Shown here: in pieces, positions 9,959 to 22,902 of the stretch
Numbering within the stretch: position 1 is the first letter of the stretch
Layout: every line of letters begins with the position of its first letter
NCBI GenBank assembly: GCA_051313645.2
Contig: JBNRSN020000010.1
Location: forward strand, 199,020,001 to 199,084,000
Source of the DNA: Centroscyllium fabricii
Lineage: Eukaryota
Length of the DNA: 64,000 nt
Direction of reading: 5' to 3'
Notes under the pieces: generated by a model
Seen by the model: only the letters and a program-made list of their open reading frames with translations
What the model was told of the DNA's origin: nothing
Databases searched by the model: none
Program-made: the position numbers and the translations under genes

Positions 9959-12134
9959 GGATATTTAACAAGTTGCTGTGCTTCGTGCATTGGCACACAC
10001 AGCTTGGTACAGTTCAATAAAGAAACACTGGTTAACGGTGAGAATCCAGGTGCGAGAGCGAAATGGGTATTTTCTCGAGAAGCAGTGCAGAATATTTTTG
10101 CTCTAGCCCTTTTCCTGGACAGAAATTTCCAGTGTTGCAGATTGAAACTTAGATATTTGAGCATTCGCCGGTTAAAAAAAAAAGGGTTCGAGCAGGCNNN
10201 NNNNNNNNNNNNNNNNNNNNNNNNNNNNNNNNNNNNNNNNNNNNNNNNNNNNNNNNNNNNNNNNNNNNNNNNNNNNNNNNNNNNNNNNNNNNNNNNNNNN
10301 NNNNNNNNNNNNNNNNNNNNNNNNNNNNNNNNNNNNNNNNNNNNNNNNNNNNNNNNNNNNNNNNNNNNNNNNNNNNNNNNNNNNNNNNNNNNNNNNNCGC
10401 GTTACCGACCCGGAGCACACTGTTTCTCCCATTACTTTGCCAAACAGCTGCACCTTCTCAATCAAATCCTTTGATGAATACTTTGAGGCTTAATTGCTTG
10501 GAAGAATTCATCGAGTGGAAAAATGAAATCAGATAGGAACCTTGGGGAAAGAAATTATTAGAATAATTTTGTATTGTGTTGGTGGGGGTATCTCAATATC
10601 ACTGACTCCCTGTCACAGGGAAACTTGTTTTTTGTTAATATATATATATATATATTTAAATTCACACGGTATATCAATATCTTGCTCTCTCATGCAACAT
10701 TGGTGCTGATGCTGTTTTACACTTAATGCCAAGCAACACCACGCTGTGAAATAAAGCCCAGCGAATGGCTTCTTACAAAGCACCATGGGGTACGGGTAAT
10801 AAGCTGGTTAGATCGTAGAATCACACAACATAGAAGGAGTCCGCCTGGCCCATCGTGCCTCTTTCAAAGAGCTATCCAATTATTCCCACTGCCCCCCCCA
10901 CCCCGCCCCACTTCCTGCTCATTTCCCCCCATCCCCCCCCCACTTCCTGCTCATTTCCCCCATCCCCCCCCACTTCCTGCTCATTTCCCCCCATCCCCCA
11001 CCCCCCCACACCACTGTAGCCCTGCAAACAAAAAAATGTTTTCCTCCTTTCAAAGTATTCGTCTAATTCCCTTTCGAAAGTTATTATTGAAACTGCTTCA
11101 GGTAGCGATTGTCAGGGTTTGGATGAAGGGATGTTATTGGTGAGCAAATCTCGGTGAGGTAAATGGTTCTGAGGGACATCACTGATGCATTTAAAGAGAA
11201 GCGAGATAAACGCACGAGGGAGGAACAAAAATCATAGATATGCCGATAGAGTGAGGTGAAGTGAGGGGTGGGAAGAGGCTCGTGTGGGCCGGCATAAACC
11301 AGCTGGGCCGAATGGCCTGTTTCTGTGCTGTGCATTCTACACAATCCTCTGTCTGAGTTTGGATGATCAGCCATGATCTCATCGAATGGTGGAGCAGGTT
11401 CGAGGGGCCGAATGGCCTACTCCTGCTCCTATCTTCTATGTTTCTATGTCTGCCTGTCTTTCCCTTGAAGTTTCTGCTTGTTCTGCAAAGCATATGTTCT
11501 CGGAGAGAGGGAGGGGGTGGGAAATAATGGTCACTAAAACCTGATTTCTTTTTGCTAAGCATTTCAGCCCTACAGCAGCGTTAACGCGTCTGAATTAGAA
11601 TTCCACCACCGCTTTCCCTTCCAGCAGCAGCCTGAAGTGTCTGAGGAATCAAACGTTGTTAAAAAGCCTCGTTTCGCTGCCAGAGCTCAGCAGCCAGGTG
11701 CTGAAAGATAGGCTGCTGATTCAAATCTGGAAAACGCCAATCTCCTTTTAATTCTTCCCGATTCAATTACTCCCTCCTCCCTCCCCGTCCGCCGCCTTCC
11801 CCCCCCTCCCCCCGCCCCATCCCCATTCACCCGCTCCTCTTTCCCAACTGCACCGACACCTCATCAAATGAGTTTGACCCATTGTATATATATGTGACAC
11901 TGCTGCTTGGTGCAGGGGTCTCGATGCAGGACCAACAACGTCAAGCTCAATCTAGGCTAATCGCGGTTGAGTCTCTTCGGGCGCTGCTGATCATTTTTTC
12001 ATCTTCACGGCTCAGTGCGCTGCCGGTAAACTGACGTAAGGTGCAGCGGGCAGACGTTAACCTGCTCACCAGCTGCGTGTTGCTGAGCTCTGCTGTCTGG
12101 AGCTTGTCACTGCCTCAGTTTAGAATGCATCAAA

Positions 12135-13288
12135 AATACAGTTACAATGGTGATCAAATAATGTCAGTAATACAGTTACAATGGTGATCAAATAATGTCA
12201 GTAATACAGTTACAATGGTGATCAAATAATGTCAGTAATACAGTTACAATGGTGATCGAATAATGTCAGTAATACAGTTACAATGGTGATCAAATAATGT
12301 CAGTAATACAGTTACAATGGTGATCAAATAATGTCAGTAATACAGTTACAATGGTGATCAAATAATGTCAGTAATACAGTTACAATGGTGATCGAATAAT
12401 GTCAGTAATACAGTTACAATGGTGATCAAATAATGTCAGTAATACAGTTACAATGGTGATCGAATAATGTCAGTAATACAGTTACAATGGTGATCAAATA
12501 ATGTCAGTAATACAGTTACAATGGTGATCAAATAATGTCAGCAATACAGTTACAATGGTGATCAAATAATGTCAGTAATACAGTTACAATGGTGATCAAA
12601 CAATGTCAGTAATACAGTTACAATGGTGATCAAATAATGTCAGTAATACAGTTACAATGTTGATCAAATAATGTCAGTAATACAGTTACAATGGTGATCG
12701 AATAATGTCAGTAATACAGTTACAATGGTGATCAAATAATGTCAGTAATACAGTTACAATGGTGATCAAATAATGTCAGTAATACAGTTACAATGGTGAT
12801 CAAATAATGTCAGTAATACAGTTACAATGGTGATCGAATAATGTCAGTAATACAGTTACAATGGTGATCAAATAATGTCAGTAATACAGTTACAATGGTG
12901 ATCAAATAATGTCAGTAATACAGTTACAATGGTGATCAAATAATGTCAGTAATACAGTTACAATGGTGATCGAATAATGTCAGTAATACAGTTACAATGG
13001 TGATCGAATAATGTCAGTAATACAGTTACAATGGTGATCGAATAATGTCAGTAATACAGTTACAATGGTGATCAAATAATGTCAGTAATACAGTTACAAT
13101 GGTGATCGAATAATGTCAGTAATACAGTTACAATGGTGATCAAATAATGTCAGTAATACAGTTACAATGGTGATCAAATAATGTCAGTAATACAGTTACA
13201 ATGGTGATCAAATAATGTCAGTAATACAGTTACAATGGTGATCAAATAGTGTCAGTAATACAGTTACAATGCTGATCAAATAGTGTCA
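12135..13288. repeat. 34-bp minisatellite, ~34 near-identical copies, resuming at 14370-14410 after a CR1 insertion
   Basis: Unit aatacagttacaatggtgatc(a/g)aataatgtcagt with period 34 and no spacers. Confidence 0.97.
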
Positions 13289-13820
13289 TAGAATCATAGA
13301 AGATAGGAGCAGGAGTAGGCCATTCGGCCCTGCTCCGCCATTCAATGAGATCATGGCTGATCTTTAGCAAGCTAGTACCCCATCCCCGCCTTTTCTCCGT
13401 AACCTTTAATCCCTTTAGCTTGAAGAAATATATCCAATTCCCTCTTGAATATGTTTAATGAACTGGCCTCCACCGCCCTCTGTGGCAAGGAATTCCACAG
13501 GCCCACCACTCTCTGAGTGAAGAAATTTTTCCTCATGTCTGTCCTAAATGGTTTACCCCTTATTCTTAGACCGTGGCCCTTGGTTCTGGACTCCCCCGCC
13601 ATTGGAAACATTCTCTCTGAATCTAACCTGTCCAGACCTTTCAGAATTTTATACGTCTCAATGAGATCGCCTCTTCTTCTTCTTGTCGTATCTTCTTTCG
13701 AAGTGGTGGATGGAGTTTTTAACAGACCGGTTAACGGTCTGCTTTTTGACCGCGCGTTAGCGCCTCCTCCGTGGTCACTGCCTGCTATTGCACCTGGTCT
13801 TCCCCGATGGTCTCCCATCC

Positions 13821-13853
<33 letters not shown>

Positions 13854-14369
13854 CGAGGTCGACTTGGGATCGGGCGTTCTAGACTAGCACGCCTCTCAAT
13901 CTTCTAAACTCCAACGAGTACAAGCCCAGACTACATAATCTCTCCTCGTAGGTCATTCCTGCCATTCCAGGAATCAGCCTGGTGAAACGCCGCTGCACTC
14001 CTTCCATGGCAAGAACATCCTTCCTCAGGCGAGGCGACCAGAACTGTACACAATACTAGAGGTGTGGTCTCACCAGTGCCTTGTACAGCTGTAGTAAGGT
14101 ATCCTTATTCCTATACTCGAACCCTCTTGATATGAAGGCTAACACACCATTTGCCTTCCTAACCGCCTGCTGCACCTGCGTGCTCGCCTTCAACGACTGG
14201 TGCACAAGAACACCCAGGTCTCTTTGCACCTCCCCATCTCCCAATCTATTGCCATTTAAGTAATAATCTACCCTCCTGTTTTTGCCCCCAAAGTGGATAA
14301 CCTCACATTTATCCACATTATAGTGCATCTGCCATCTATCTGCCCAGTCCCCCAACTTATCCCCCAACT
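13289..14369 (-). mobile_element. 5'-truncated CR1 inserted in the 34-bp array
   Basis: RT C-terminus WQMHYNVDKCEVIHFG...LVRPHL. TSD tagtgtca at 13281-13288 / 14370-14377. Confidence 0.92.
13675..13889 (-). mobile_element. 5S rRNA-headed SINE (SINE3 type) with (GAA)n tail
   Basis: Minus strand ctcggaagctaagcagagtcaggcctggtcagtacttggatgggagacc matches the 5S internal control region. TSD cgcctct at 13668-13674 / 13890-13896. Confidence 0.85.
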
Positions 14370-16819
14370 TAGTGTCAGTAATACAGTTACAATGCTGATC
14401 AAGTAGCGTCCACTACACTTGCAATGATTTTTTTTTATTCATTCACGGGAAGTGTGCATCGCTGGCAATGTCGGCATTTATCACCCATCTCTAATTGCCC
14501 TCGAGAAGGTGGTGGTGAGTCGCCCTCCTGAACCACTGCAGTCCATGTGGTGAAGGTGCTCCCACAGCGCTGTTAGGGAGGGAGTTCCAGGATTTTGACC
14601 CAGCGATGATGAAGGATCGGCCGATATACTTCCAAGTCAGGATGGTGTGTGACTTGGAGGGGAACTTGGAGGTGGTGGTGTTCCCATGCACCTGCTGCCC
14701 TTGTCCTTCTAGGTGGAAGAGGTCGCGGGTTTGGAAGGTGCTGCCGAAGAAGCCTTGGGGAGTTGCTGCAGTGCATCTTGTAGATGGTACACACTGCAGC
14801 CACGTTGCACCGGTGGCAGCAGGAGTGAATGTTTTCGGTGGTGGGTCGGGTGCCAATCAAGGGGGCTGCTTTGTCCTGGATGGTGTCAAGCTTCTTGAGT
14901 GTTGTTGGAGCTGCACTCATCCAGGTAAGTGGAGAGTATTCCATCACACTCCTGACTTGTGCCTTGTAGATGGTGGAAAGGTTTTGGGGAGTCAGGAGGT
15001 GAGTCACTTGCTGCAGCATACCCAGCCTCTCATAGCACTTGTAGTCACAGTATTTATGTGGCTGGTGTGGTTAAGTTTCTGGTCAATGGTGACCCCCAGG
15101 ATGTTGATGGTGGGGGATTCGACGATGGTAATGCTGTTGAATGTCAAGGGGAGGTGGTTAGACTCTTGTTGAAGTTGGTCATTGCCTGACACTTGTGTGG
15201 CACGAATGTTAGCTGCCACTTATCAGCCCAAGACTGAATGTTGTTCAGGTCTTGTTGCATGCGGGCATGGACTGCTTCATTATCTGAGGAGTTGTGAATG
15301 GCACTGAACACTGTGCAGTCATCAGCGAACATCCTCACTTCTGACCTTATGTTGGAGGGAAGGTCATTGATGAAGCATCTGAAGATGGGTGGGCCGAGGA
15401 CACTACCCTGAGGAACTCCTGCAGCGATGTCCTGGGGTTGAGATGATTGGCCTCCAACAACCATAACCATCTTCCTTTGTACTTGGCATGGCTCCAGCCA
15501 GTGGAGAGATTCCCCCCCACCCCTCCCCCCCGCGATTCCAATTGACTTCAATTTTACGAGGGCTCCTTGATGCTACACTCTGTCAAATGCTGCCTTGCTG
15601 TCAAAAGCTGTCACTCTTACCTCACCTCTGGAATTCAGCTCTTTTGTCCATGTTTGAACCAAGGCTGTAATGAGGTCTGGAGCAGTGTGGTCCTGGTGGA
15701 ACCCAAACTAAACACCGGTGAGCAGGTTATTGGTGAGTAAGTGCCACTTGATAGCACTGTCGATGACCCTTTCCATCACTTTGCTGATGATTGAGGCTGA
15801 TGGGGTGGCAATTGGCCAAATTGGATTTGTCCTGCTTTTTGGGAATAGGAAGTACCTGGACAAATTTTCACTTTGTCGGGTAGATGCCAGTGTTGTAGCT
15901 GTACTGGAACAGCTTGGCTAGAGGCACGGCTAGTTCTGGAGCACAAGTCTTCAGCACTACAGCCAGGATGCTTTTGGGGCCTAAAGAATTTGCTGTATCC
16001 AGTGCGCTCAGCCGTTTCTTGATATCACGCGGAGTGAATCGAATTGGCTGAAGATTGGCCTCTGTGATGGTGGGGACCTCAGGAGGAGGTCGAGATGGAT
16101 CATCCACTCGGCACTTCTGGCTGAAGATGGTTGCAAACGCTTCAGCCTTGTCTTTTGCACTCGCTTGCTGGGCTCCGCCATCATTGAGGATGAGGATATT
16201 CATGGATCCTCCTCCTCCCGTTAGTTGTTCAATTGTCCACCACCAGTCACGACTGGATGTGGCAGGACTGCAGAGCTTTGATCTGATCCGTTGGCAGTGG
16301 GATCACTTAGCCCTGCCTATAGCGTGCTGTTTAGCATGCATGTATTGTAGCTTCACAGAGCTGGCACCTCATTATTAGGTACATTTGTAGAATACGCCTA
16401 GTGCTGCTCCTGGCATGCTCTTCTACACTCATAAGAACTTAAGAACATAAGAAATAGGAGCAGGAGTCGGCCATTTAGCCCCTCGAGCCTGCTCCGCCAT
16501 TCAATAAGATCATGGCTGATCTTCAACCTCAACTCCACTTTCCTGCACTATCTCCATATCCCTTGATTCCCTTAACATCTGAAAATCTATCGCTCTCTGT
16601 CTTGAATATATTCAACGACTGAGCCTCCACAGCCCTCTGGGGTAGAGAGCTCCAAAGATTCACCACCCTCTGAGTGAAGAAATTTCTCCCCATCTCAGTC
16701 CTAAATGGCCGACCCCTTATTCTGAGACTGTGACCCCTGGTTCTAGACTCCCCAGCCAGGGGAAAACATCCTCCCTGCATCAACCCTGTCAAGTCATTCT
16801 TCTAAACTCCAGAGAATAT

Positions 16820-16926
16820 AGTACGATAGCAAAATACTGCAGATTAACAAACGTTAACTCTGTTTCTCTCTTCACGGATGTTGCCTGGCCTGCTGAGTTT
16901 TTCCAGCATTTTCTGTTGTTATTTCT
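16820..16926. mobile_element. Penelope-like pLTR fragment with short inverted end
   Basis: acgttaactctgtttctctc...gcctgctgagtttttccagca. TSD agagaatat at 16811-16819 / 16927-16935. Confidence 0.65.
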
Positions 16927-17174
16927 AGAGAATATCGGCCTACTCTACTCAATCTCTCCTCATGGGACAATCCCCCCATCCCAGGAACCAGTCTGGTGAA
17001 CCTTCATCGCACTCCCTCTGTGGCCCGTATATCCTTCCTTAGGGAAAGAGACCAAAACTGTACACAATACTCCAGGTGTGGTCTCACCAGGGCCCTATAT
17101 AATTGCAGTAAGACATCTTTACTCTTATACTCAAATCTTCTTGTAATAAAATACCATTTGCTTTCCTAATTGTT

Positions 17175-17545
17175 GGACGACACGGTGGCGCAGTGGTTAG
17201 CACTGCTGCCTCGCAATAAGGAGCTCCTGGGTTCGAATCCTGCTTGGCCCGGGTCCTCTCTGCGTGGAGTTTGCATGTTCTCCCCGTGTTCGTGTGGGTT
17301 TCCTCCGGGTACTCCGGTTTCCTCCCACCACCCAAAGACATGCAGGTTAGGTGAATTGGAGATACTAAAAATTGCCCATGAGTTTGTGTGTGAGATATAG
17401 TTCTTAGAGTTGGGGGTGTCGGGGGATACGGGCAGAGGGTAGGAGGGGGGTGCTGGGTTTGGATGATCAGCCATGATCTCATCAAAATGGCGGAGCAGGC
17501 TCGAAGGGCCAAATGGCCAACTCCTGCTCCTATTTCTGTGTTGCT
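17175..17545 (+). mobile_element. V-SINE, divergent head variant with CR1 tail
   Basis: cacggtggcgcagtggttagc...ggttcgaatcc head, V-domain and CR1 tail. Confidence 0.8.
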
Positions 17546-17820
17546 GTACCTGCATGTTAACATTCAGTGATTCGTGTACAAGGACACCCAGGTCCCTCTG
17601 AACACCAACATTTCCTCATCCCTCACCATTTAAAAAATACTCTGCTTTTCTATTTTTCCTACCAAAGTTGATAACTTCACATTTCTCCACATTATATTCC
17701 ATTTGCCATGTTCTTGCCCACTCACTGAGCCTGTCTATATCCCCTTGATGGCTCTTTGCATCCTCCTCACAACTTACATTCCCACCCAGCTTTGTATTAT
17801 CAGCAAACTTGGATATATTA

Positions 17821-18227
17821 CACAGAAGCACAGAAGATAGGAGCAGGAGTCGGCCATTCGGCCCTTCGAGCCTGCTCCGCCATTCAATGAGATCATGGCT
17901 GATCATCCAAACCCAGCACCCCGCCCTCCTACCCTCTCCCCATATCCCCCGACACCCCCCAATTCTAAGAACTATCACATATCCTACCCTATCCCCGTAA
18001 CCCCCACATATTTAATCCCCCTAACACTAAGGGTCAATTTATCCTGGCCAATCAACCTAACCTGCACATCTTTGGACTGTGGGAGGAAACCGGAGCACCC
18101 GGAGGAAACCCATGCAGACACGGGGAGTATATGCAAACTCCACACAGATAGGACCCGAGGCCGGATTTGAACCCGGGCCCCTAGCGCTGTAAGGCAACAG
18201 TGCTAACCACTATGCTACCGTGCCGTC
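17821..18227 (-). mobile_element. CR1-tailed V-SINE
   Basis: As 22501-22902. Confidence 0.85.
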
Positions 18228-18997
18228 CATTTGGTCCCCTCATCAAATCATTGATATAGATTGTGAATAGCTGAGGCCCAAGCACTGATCCTTGCGGCAC
18301 CCCACTAGTTACAGCCTGCCAACCTGAAAAGTACCCGTTTATTCCTACTCTTTGTTTTGTGTCCTTTAACCAATCCTCAATCCATGCTAGTATATTACCC
18401 CCAATCCCATGAGCCCTAATATTGTTTAATAACCACTTGTGTGGCACCTTATCGAATGCCTTCTGAAAATCCAAATGCACCACATCCACTGGATGCCCCT
18501 TATCTATTCTGCTAGTTACAACCTCAAAAAACTCTTAACAGATTTGTCACACACGATTTCCCTTTCATAAATCTGTGTTGACTCTGCCCAATCCTATTAT
18601 AATTTCTAAGTGCCCTTTTACCATGTCCTTAAAATAGATTCTAGCATTTTCTCTACTATTGATGTCAGGCTAACTGGTCTGTAGATCCCTGTTTTCTCTC
18701 TCCCTCCTTTCTTAAATAGTGGGGTTACATTTGCTACCTTCCAATCCGCGGGAATTGTTCTAGAATCTATGCAATTTTAGAAAATGCCAACCAATGCATC
18801 CACTATCTCTATAGCCACCTCTTTCAAAACATAGGATGTCGGCCATCAGGTCCAGGGGATTTATCGGCTTTCAGTCCCATTAATTTCTCCAGTACTATTT
18901 TTTTTTTTACTAATACTAATTTCTTTCAGTGCCTCATTCTCGCCAGACCCTGGGTTCTCCATTGTTTCCAGGAAGTTTTATGCATCTTCTTTCGTGA

Positions 18998-19760
18998 AAA
19001 CAATTTTGAGCGAGCCGTGAGGCAGGTTTTCCGGCGGGGCGCAAAATAGAAAAACGGGGGGTCCCAACCCGGATCGCCGCGGCTTTGCAATTTCCCGCCG
19101 CCGTGTCTGCCCGCCCCGAATCTTTCCCGCCCGCGACCGACGGGAATGGTCGTTAGGCTCCTTAAGCACCCTTAATTGGCATGTATAATGCCATTTTAAG
19201 GGGCCCTTGCTATTTTCAGGTGTTCCCCACCCATAACCCGCCAGCTTGAAACCCCGCCAGTGAAACCTGGCGGGGACATAATCGGCTTGCTGAGTATCAG
19301 CTGCAAGCCAAAGAATGACATGGAATCAGCTGTACCAGAAGTCGTCCCTGGGCCGCAGCCTGCAGGAGGGCTAACTGTATCCCCAGGGTGTACAATATCA
19401 GTGAGATTATAGCTTTTTATAAACTCACCTTGCAGCTCTTTCTCATGCTTGACAGATAGCTCTGCAGCAGCTGTCAATGAAAGGGTTGTGCTGCACTTCC
19501 CATTGTAACTGACCAGCAGCTGTCAGTCAAAGGGTTGTGCTGCGCTTCACATTGTAACGGGGCTCTTGTCTTTAAACAGCCGGCACCCCGTCGACTTTCA
19601 CACTGGAAATAGTCAATTGGCAAGGGTTCCCACATGCAGGGAATCAATTGGCCAATTGAGGCAAAATTGCGTGGGTCTCCCAGGCCCTTTAACATTCATG
19701 TCAGAAACCTGACCTGCCTGAAACCCACCAATTCCCCACACCTATGGGAAAATTGACGCC
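18998..19760. mobile_element. GC-rich non-autonomous DNA element (family Y-like) in CR1
   Basis: Interrupts CR1 sequence. Inverted similarity to 54993-55824 (ccgtgagg, aaaccccgc..gtgaaacc, ttaattgg). caatttt/aaaattg near the ends. Confidence 0.55.
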
Positions 19761-19832
19761 AAAGTATTTGTTTAATTTCTCTGCCATTTCCTTATTTCCC
19801 ATTATAATTTCTCCTGTCTCAGCCTGTAAGGG

Positions 19833-20288
19833 ACATAAGAACATAAGAAATAGAAGCAGGAGTAGGCCAATTGGCTCCTCGAGCCTGCTCCGCCATTTAA
19901 CAAGATCATGGCTGATCTGATCCTATCCTCAAATCTACTTTCACTCTCCATCCCGCCCGAACCCATGTGATCTCCTGGGAGAGGCGAAAAAACCAGACAA
20001 AATCCCAGTGGCCAATTTGGGAGAAGAAACCTGGGAAATTCCTCTCCGACCCATCTAGGCGATCGAAACTTGTCCAGGAGATCACATTGCCGATCTGAAC
20101 CTAGCTTCACGTCTACTTAGCTGCCCGCTCACCGTAACCTCTAATTCCCTTTACTTTCAAGAACCTGCCAATCTCGGTTTTAAATGTATTCAGAGTAGTA
20201 GCTTCCACAGCTATCTGGGGCAGCAAATTCCACAGACCTACCACCCTCTGAGTGAAGAAGTTTCTTCTCATCTCAGTTTTGAAAGGGA
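19833..20288 (-). mobile_element. CR1 3' end with long structured 3'UTR
   Basis: Same subfamily as 44995-46135. Confidence 0.85.
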
Positions 20289-20721
20289 CCATTATTTAAA
20301 AGGACCTATATTTACTTTCGCTAATCCTTTCCTTTTTGCATACCTAGAGAATCTTTTACAGTCTGTTTTTATGTCTCTCGCTAATTTACTCTCATATTCT
20401 ATTGTCCCTTTCTTCATCAATTTCTTGGTCCTCCTTTGCTGAATTCTAAAATCGTCCCAATCCTCAGGCTTACTTATCGTTTTGGAAACATTATAAGCCT
20501 CTTCCTTTGATCTAATACTATCTTTAACTTCTCTTGTTAGCCACAGTTGGACCACTTTTCCTGTGGGGTTTTTATGCCTTAAAGGAATGCATATTTGTTG
20601 TAAATGATGTATTAATCCTTTTAATGATAGCCATTGCTTGTCTACCTTCATACCTTTTAATGTAGTTTCCCAATCTACCTTAGCCGACTCGCCCCTCATA
20701 CCTACGTAGTTTGCTTTGTTT

Positions 20722-21140
20722 ACATAGAAACAGAAACATAGAAACTAGGAGCAGGAGTAGGCCATTCGGCCCTTCGAGCCTGCTCCGCCATTCAATGAGA
20801 TCATGGCTGATCATCCAAACCCAGCACCCCGTCCCTGCCCTCTACCCATATCCCTTAATCACTATCGAGCCTCCATCGACACAAATCCCACCCTATCCCC
20901 GTAACCCCACATATTCAAACCCCAAAACACTAAGGGTCAATTTATCCTGGCCAATCAACCTAACCCGCACATCTTTGGACTGTGGGAGGAAACCGGAGCA
21001 CCCGGAGGAAACCCACGCAGACACGGGGAGAATGTGCAAACTCCACACAGATAGTACCCGAGGCTAGATTCGAACCCGGGTCTCCAGTGCTGTGAGACAG
21101 CAGTGCTAACCACTGTGCCACTGTGCCACCGTGCCGCCCT
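20722..21140 (-). mobile_element. CR1-tailed V-SINE
   Basis: Full length; head ggggcggcacggtggcac. Confidence 0.88.
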
Positions 21141-21192
21141 TAGATTTAAGACCCAAGTTTCGGATTTAACTAAATCATTTTCAAACTCAATA

Positions 21193-22079
21193 CAGGTACA
21201 CAACCCCTTATCCGCAACTCCAAAAACCGAAATCCCGAGTTGCGCCAAAATAACCATTTTTTTTCTTAAATAAATTGAAGGAAGTGACCAGCTGCAGCGG
21301 AAAAAAATCTGTTTTTACCTTGATTTCGCGCTGTTGATGCCGTGCTGAGGAAATAAATCATAGAATCATAGAAGATAGGAGCAGGAGTAGGCCATTCGGC
21401 CCTTCGAGCCTGCTCCGCCATTCAATGAGATCATGGCTGATCTTACACGTTCAGTACCCAGTCCCTGCCTTCTCCCCATATCCCTTAATCCCTTTAGCCT
21501 GAAGAAATATATCCAGTTCCCTCTTGAATATATTCAATGAACCGGCCTCCACCGCCCTCTGTGGCAAGGAATTCCACAGGTTCACCACTCTCTGGGTGAA
21601 GAATTTCCTCCTCATCTCAGTCCTACAAGGCTTACCCCTTATCCTTAGACTATGCCCCCTGGTTCTCGACTCCCCGGCCATCGGAAACATCCTTTCTGCA
21701 TCTATCCTGTCCAAGCCTGACAGAATTTTATAAGTCTCGATGAGATCCCCTCTTAATCTTCTAAACTCCAGCGAGTATAAGCCCAGACTACACAATCTCT
21801 CCTCATAAGGCATTCCTGCCATCCCAGGTATCTGCATGGTGAATCGTCGCTGTACTCCCTCCATGGCAAGAACATCCTTCCTCAGATGCGGCGACCAAAA
21901 CTGCCGATATGCCGTGCCAAACGGCCGATGTGCCGTTCCCCGACTGCGAAATGGGCCGCAAACACGGACATGCGCATATGATCTGCACATGCGCACTGGG
22001 CAAACTCTAAAAACCGAAAAATCCCGAAAACCAAGACCCGCCCGGTCCCGAGGTTTTCGGATAAAGGGTTGTGTACCTG
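21193..22079. mobile_element. TA-flanked MITE containing a CR1 insertion (21358-21903, -)
   Basis: TIRs CAGGTACACAACCCCTTATCCG / CGGATAAAGGGTTGTGTACCTG, with TA on both sides. Confidence 0.88.
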
Positions 22080-22180
22080 TATACAATTCTTTCATATTAT
22101 GGCCAGTCTTCCCTAAAGGCCCCTTTAGTACAAGGTTATTAATTAACCCTTTCTCATTGTACAATACTAGATCTCAAATA

Positions 22181-22352
22181 TGATGTGGAGGTGCCGGTGT
22201 TGGACTGGGGTGGACAATTGCAAGAAGTCACACAACACCAGGTTATAGTCCAACAGTTTTATTTTAAATCACAAGCTTTCGGAGCGGCTGCCCCTTCGTC
22301 AGGTGAAAGAGAGACGAAGGGGCAGAAGCTCCGAAAGCTTGTGATTTAAAAT
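22181..22352 (-). mobile_element. Penelope-like pLTR with inverted partial copy
   Basis: Inverted repeat 22260-22300 / 22313-22352. TSD tagatct(c/a)aaata. Second copy at 46158-46290. Confidence 0.75.
22269..22306 (-). ncRNA. Minimal type I hammerhead ribozyme (PLE type)
   Basis: TCAC-CTGACGA-A-GGGGC agcc GCTCC-GAAA-GC-TT-GTGA: paired stem I, intact core, stem II and palindromic stem III (AAGCTT). Confidence 0.75.
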
Positions 22353-22500
22353 AGATCTAAAATAGCCTGTTCCCTAGTTGGTTCCTCAACAGACTGATCT
22401 AGAAAACTATCTTGCATACATTCCATGAATTCGTCCTCCACACTATTACTGCAAATTTGGTTTGCCCAGTTTCTGTAGATTAAAGTCCCCCATGATTACT

Positions 22501-22902
22501 GGGGCGGCACGGTGGCTTAGTGGTTAGCATTGTTGCCTCACAGCACTGGAGACCCCGGTTCAAATCCAGCCTCGGGTACAATCTGTGTGGAGTTTGCACA
22601 TTCTCCCCGTGTCTGCGTGGGTTTCCCCCGGGTGCTCCGGTTTCCTCCCACAGTCCAAAGATGTGCGGGTTAGGTTGATTGGCCAGGCTAAATTGACCCT
22701 TAGTGTTAGGGAGATTGAATATGTGGGGTTACGGGGATAGGGTGGGATATGTGTCGGTGCAGGCTCGATAGGGATATGGGGAGAGGGCACGGGGCGGGGT
22801 ATTGGGTTTGGATGATCAGCCATGATCTCGTTGAATGGCGGAGCAGGCTCGAAGGGCCGAATGGCCTACTCCTGCTCCTAGTTTCTATGTTTCTACGTTT
22901 CT
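22501..22902 (+). mobile_element. Full-length HE1-like V-SINE with CR1 tail
   Basis: tRNA-like A box ggtggcttagtgg, B box ggttcaaatcc, V-domain, then ggatatggggagag...gatcagccatgatctc...cctactcctgctcct tail. Confidence 0.9.

Noticed and set aside
12135-13288. CRISPR-like 34-bp repeats
   Set aside because: Head-to-tail units with no spacers, no cas genes and a eukaryotic context.
13790-13889. 5S rRNA gene (also 44321-44386)
   Set aside because: Incomplete, diverged, fused to unrelated bodies and inserted in CR1 copies; these are SINE heads.
22501-22580. tRNA genes
   Set aside because: The A/B-box segments are heads of multi-copy SINEs; I could not build a canonical cloverleaf.
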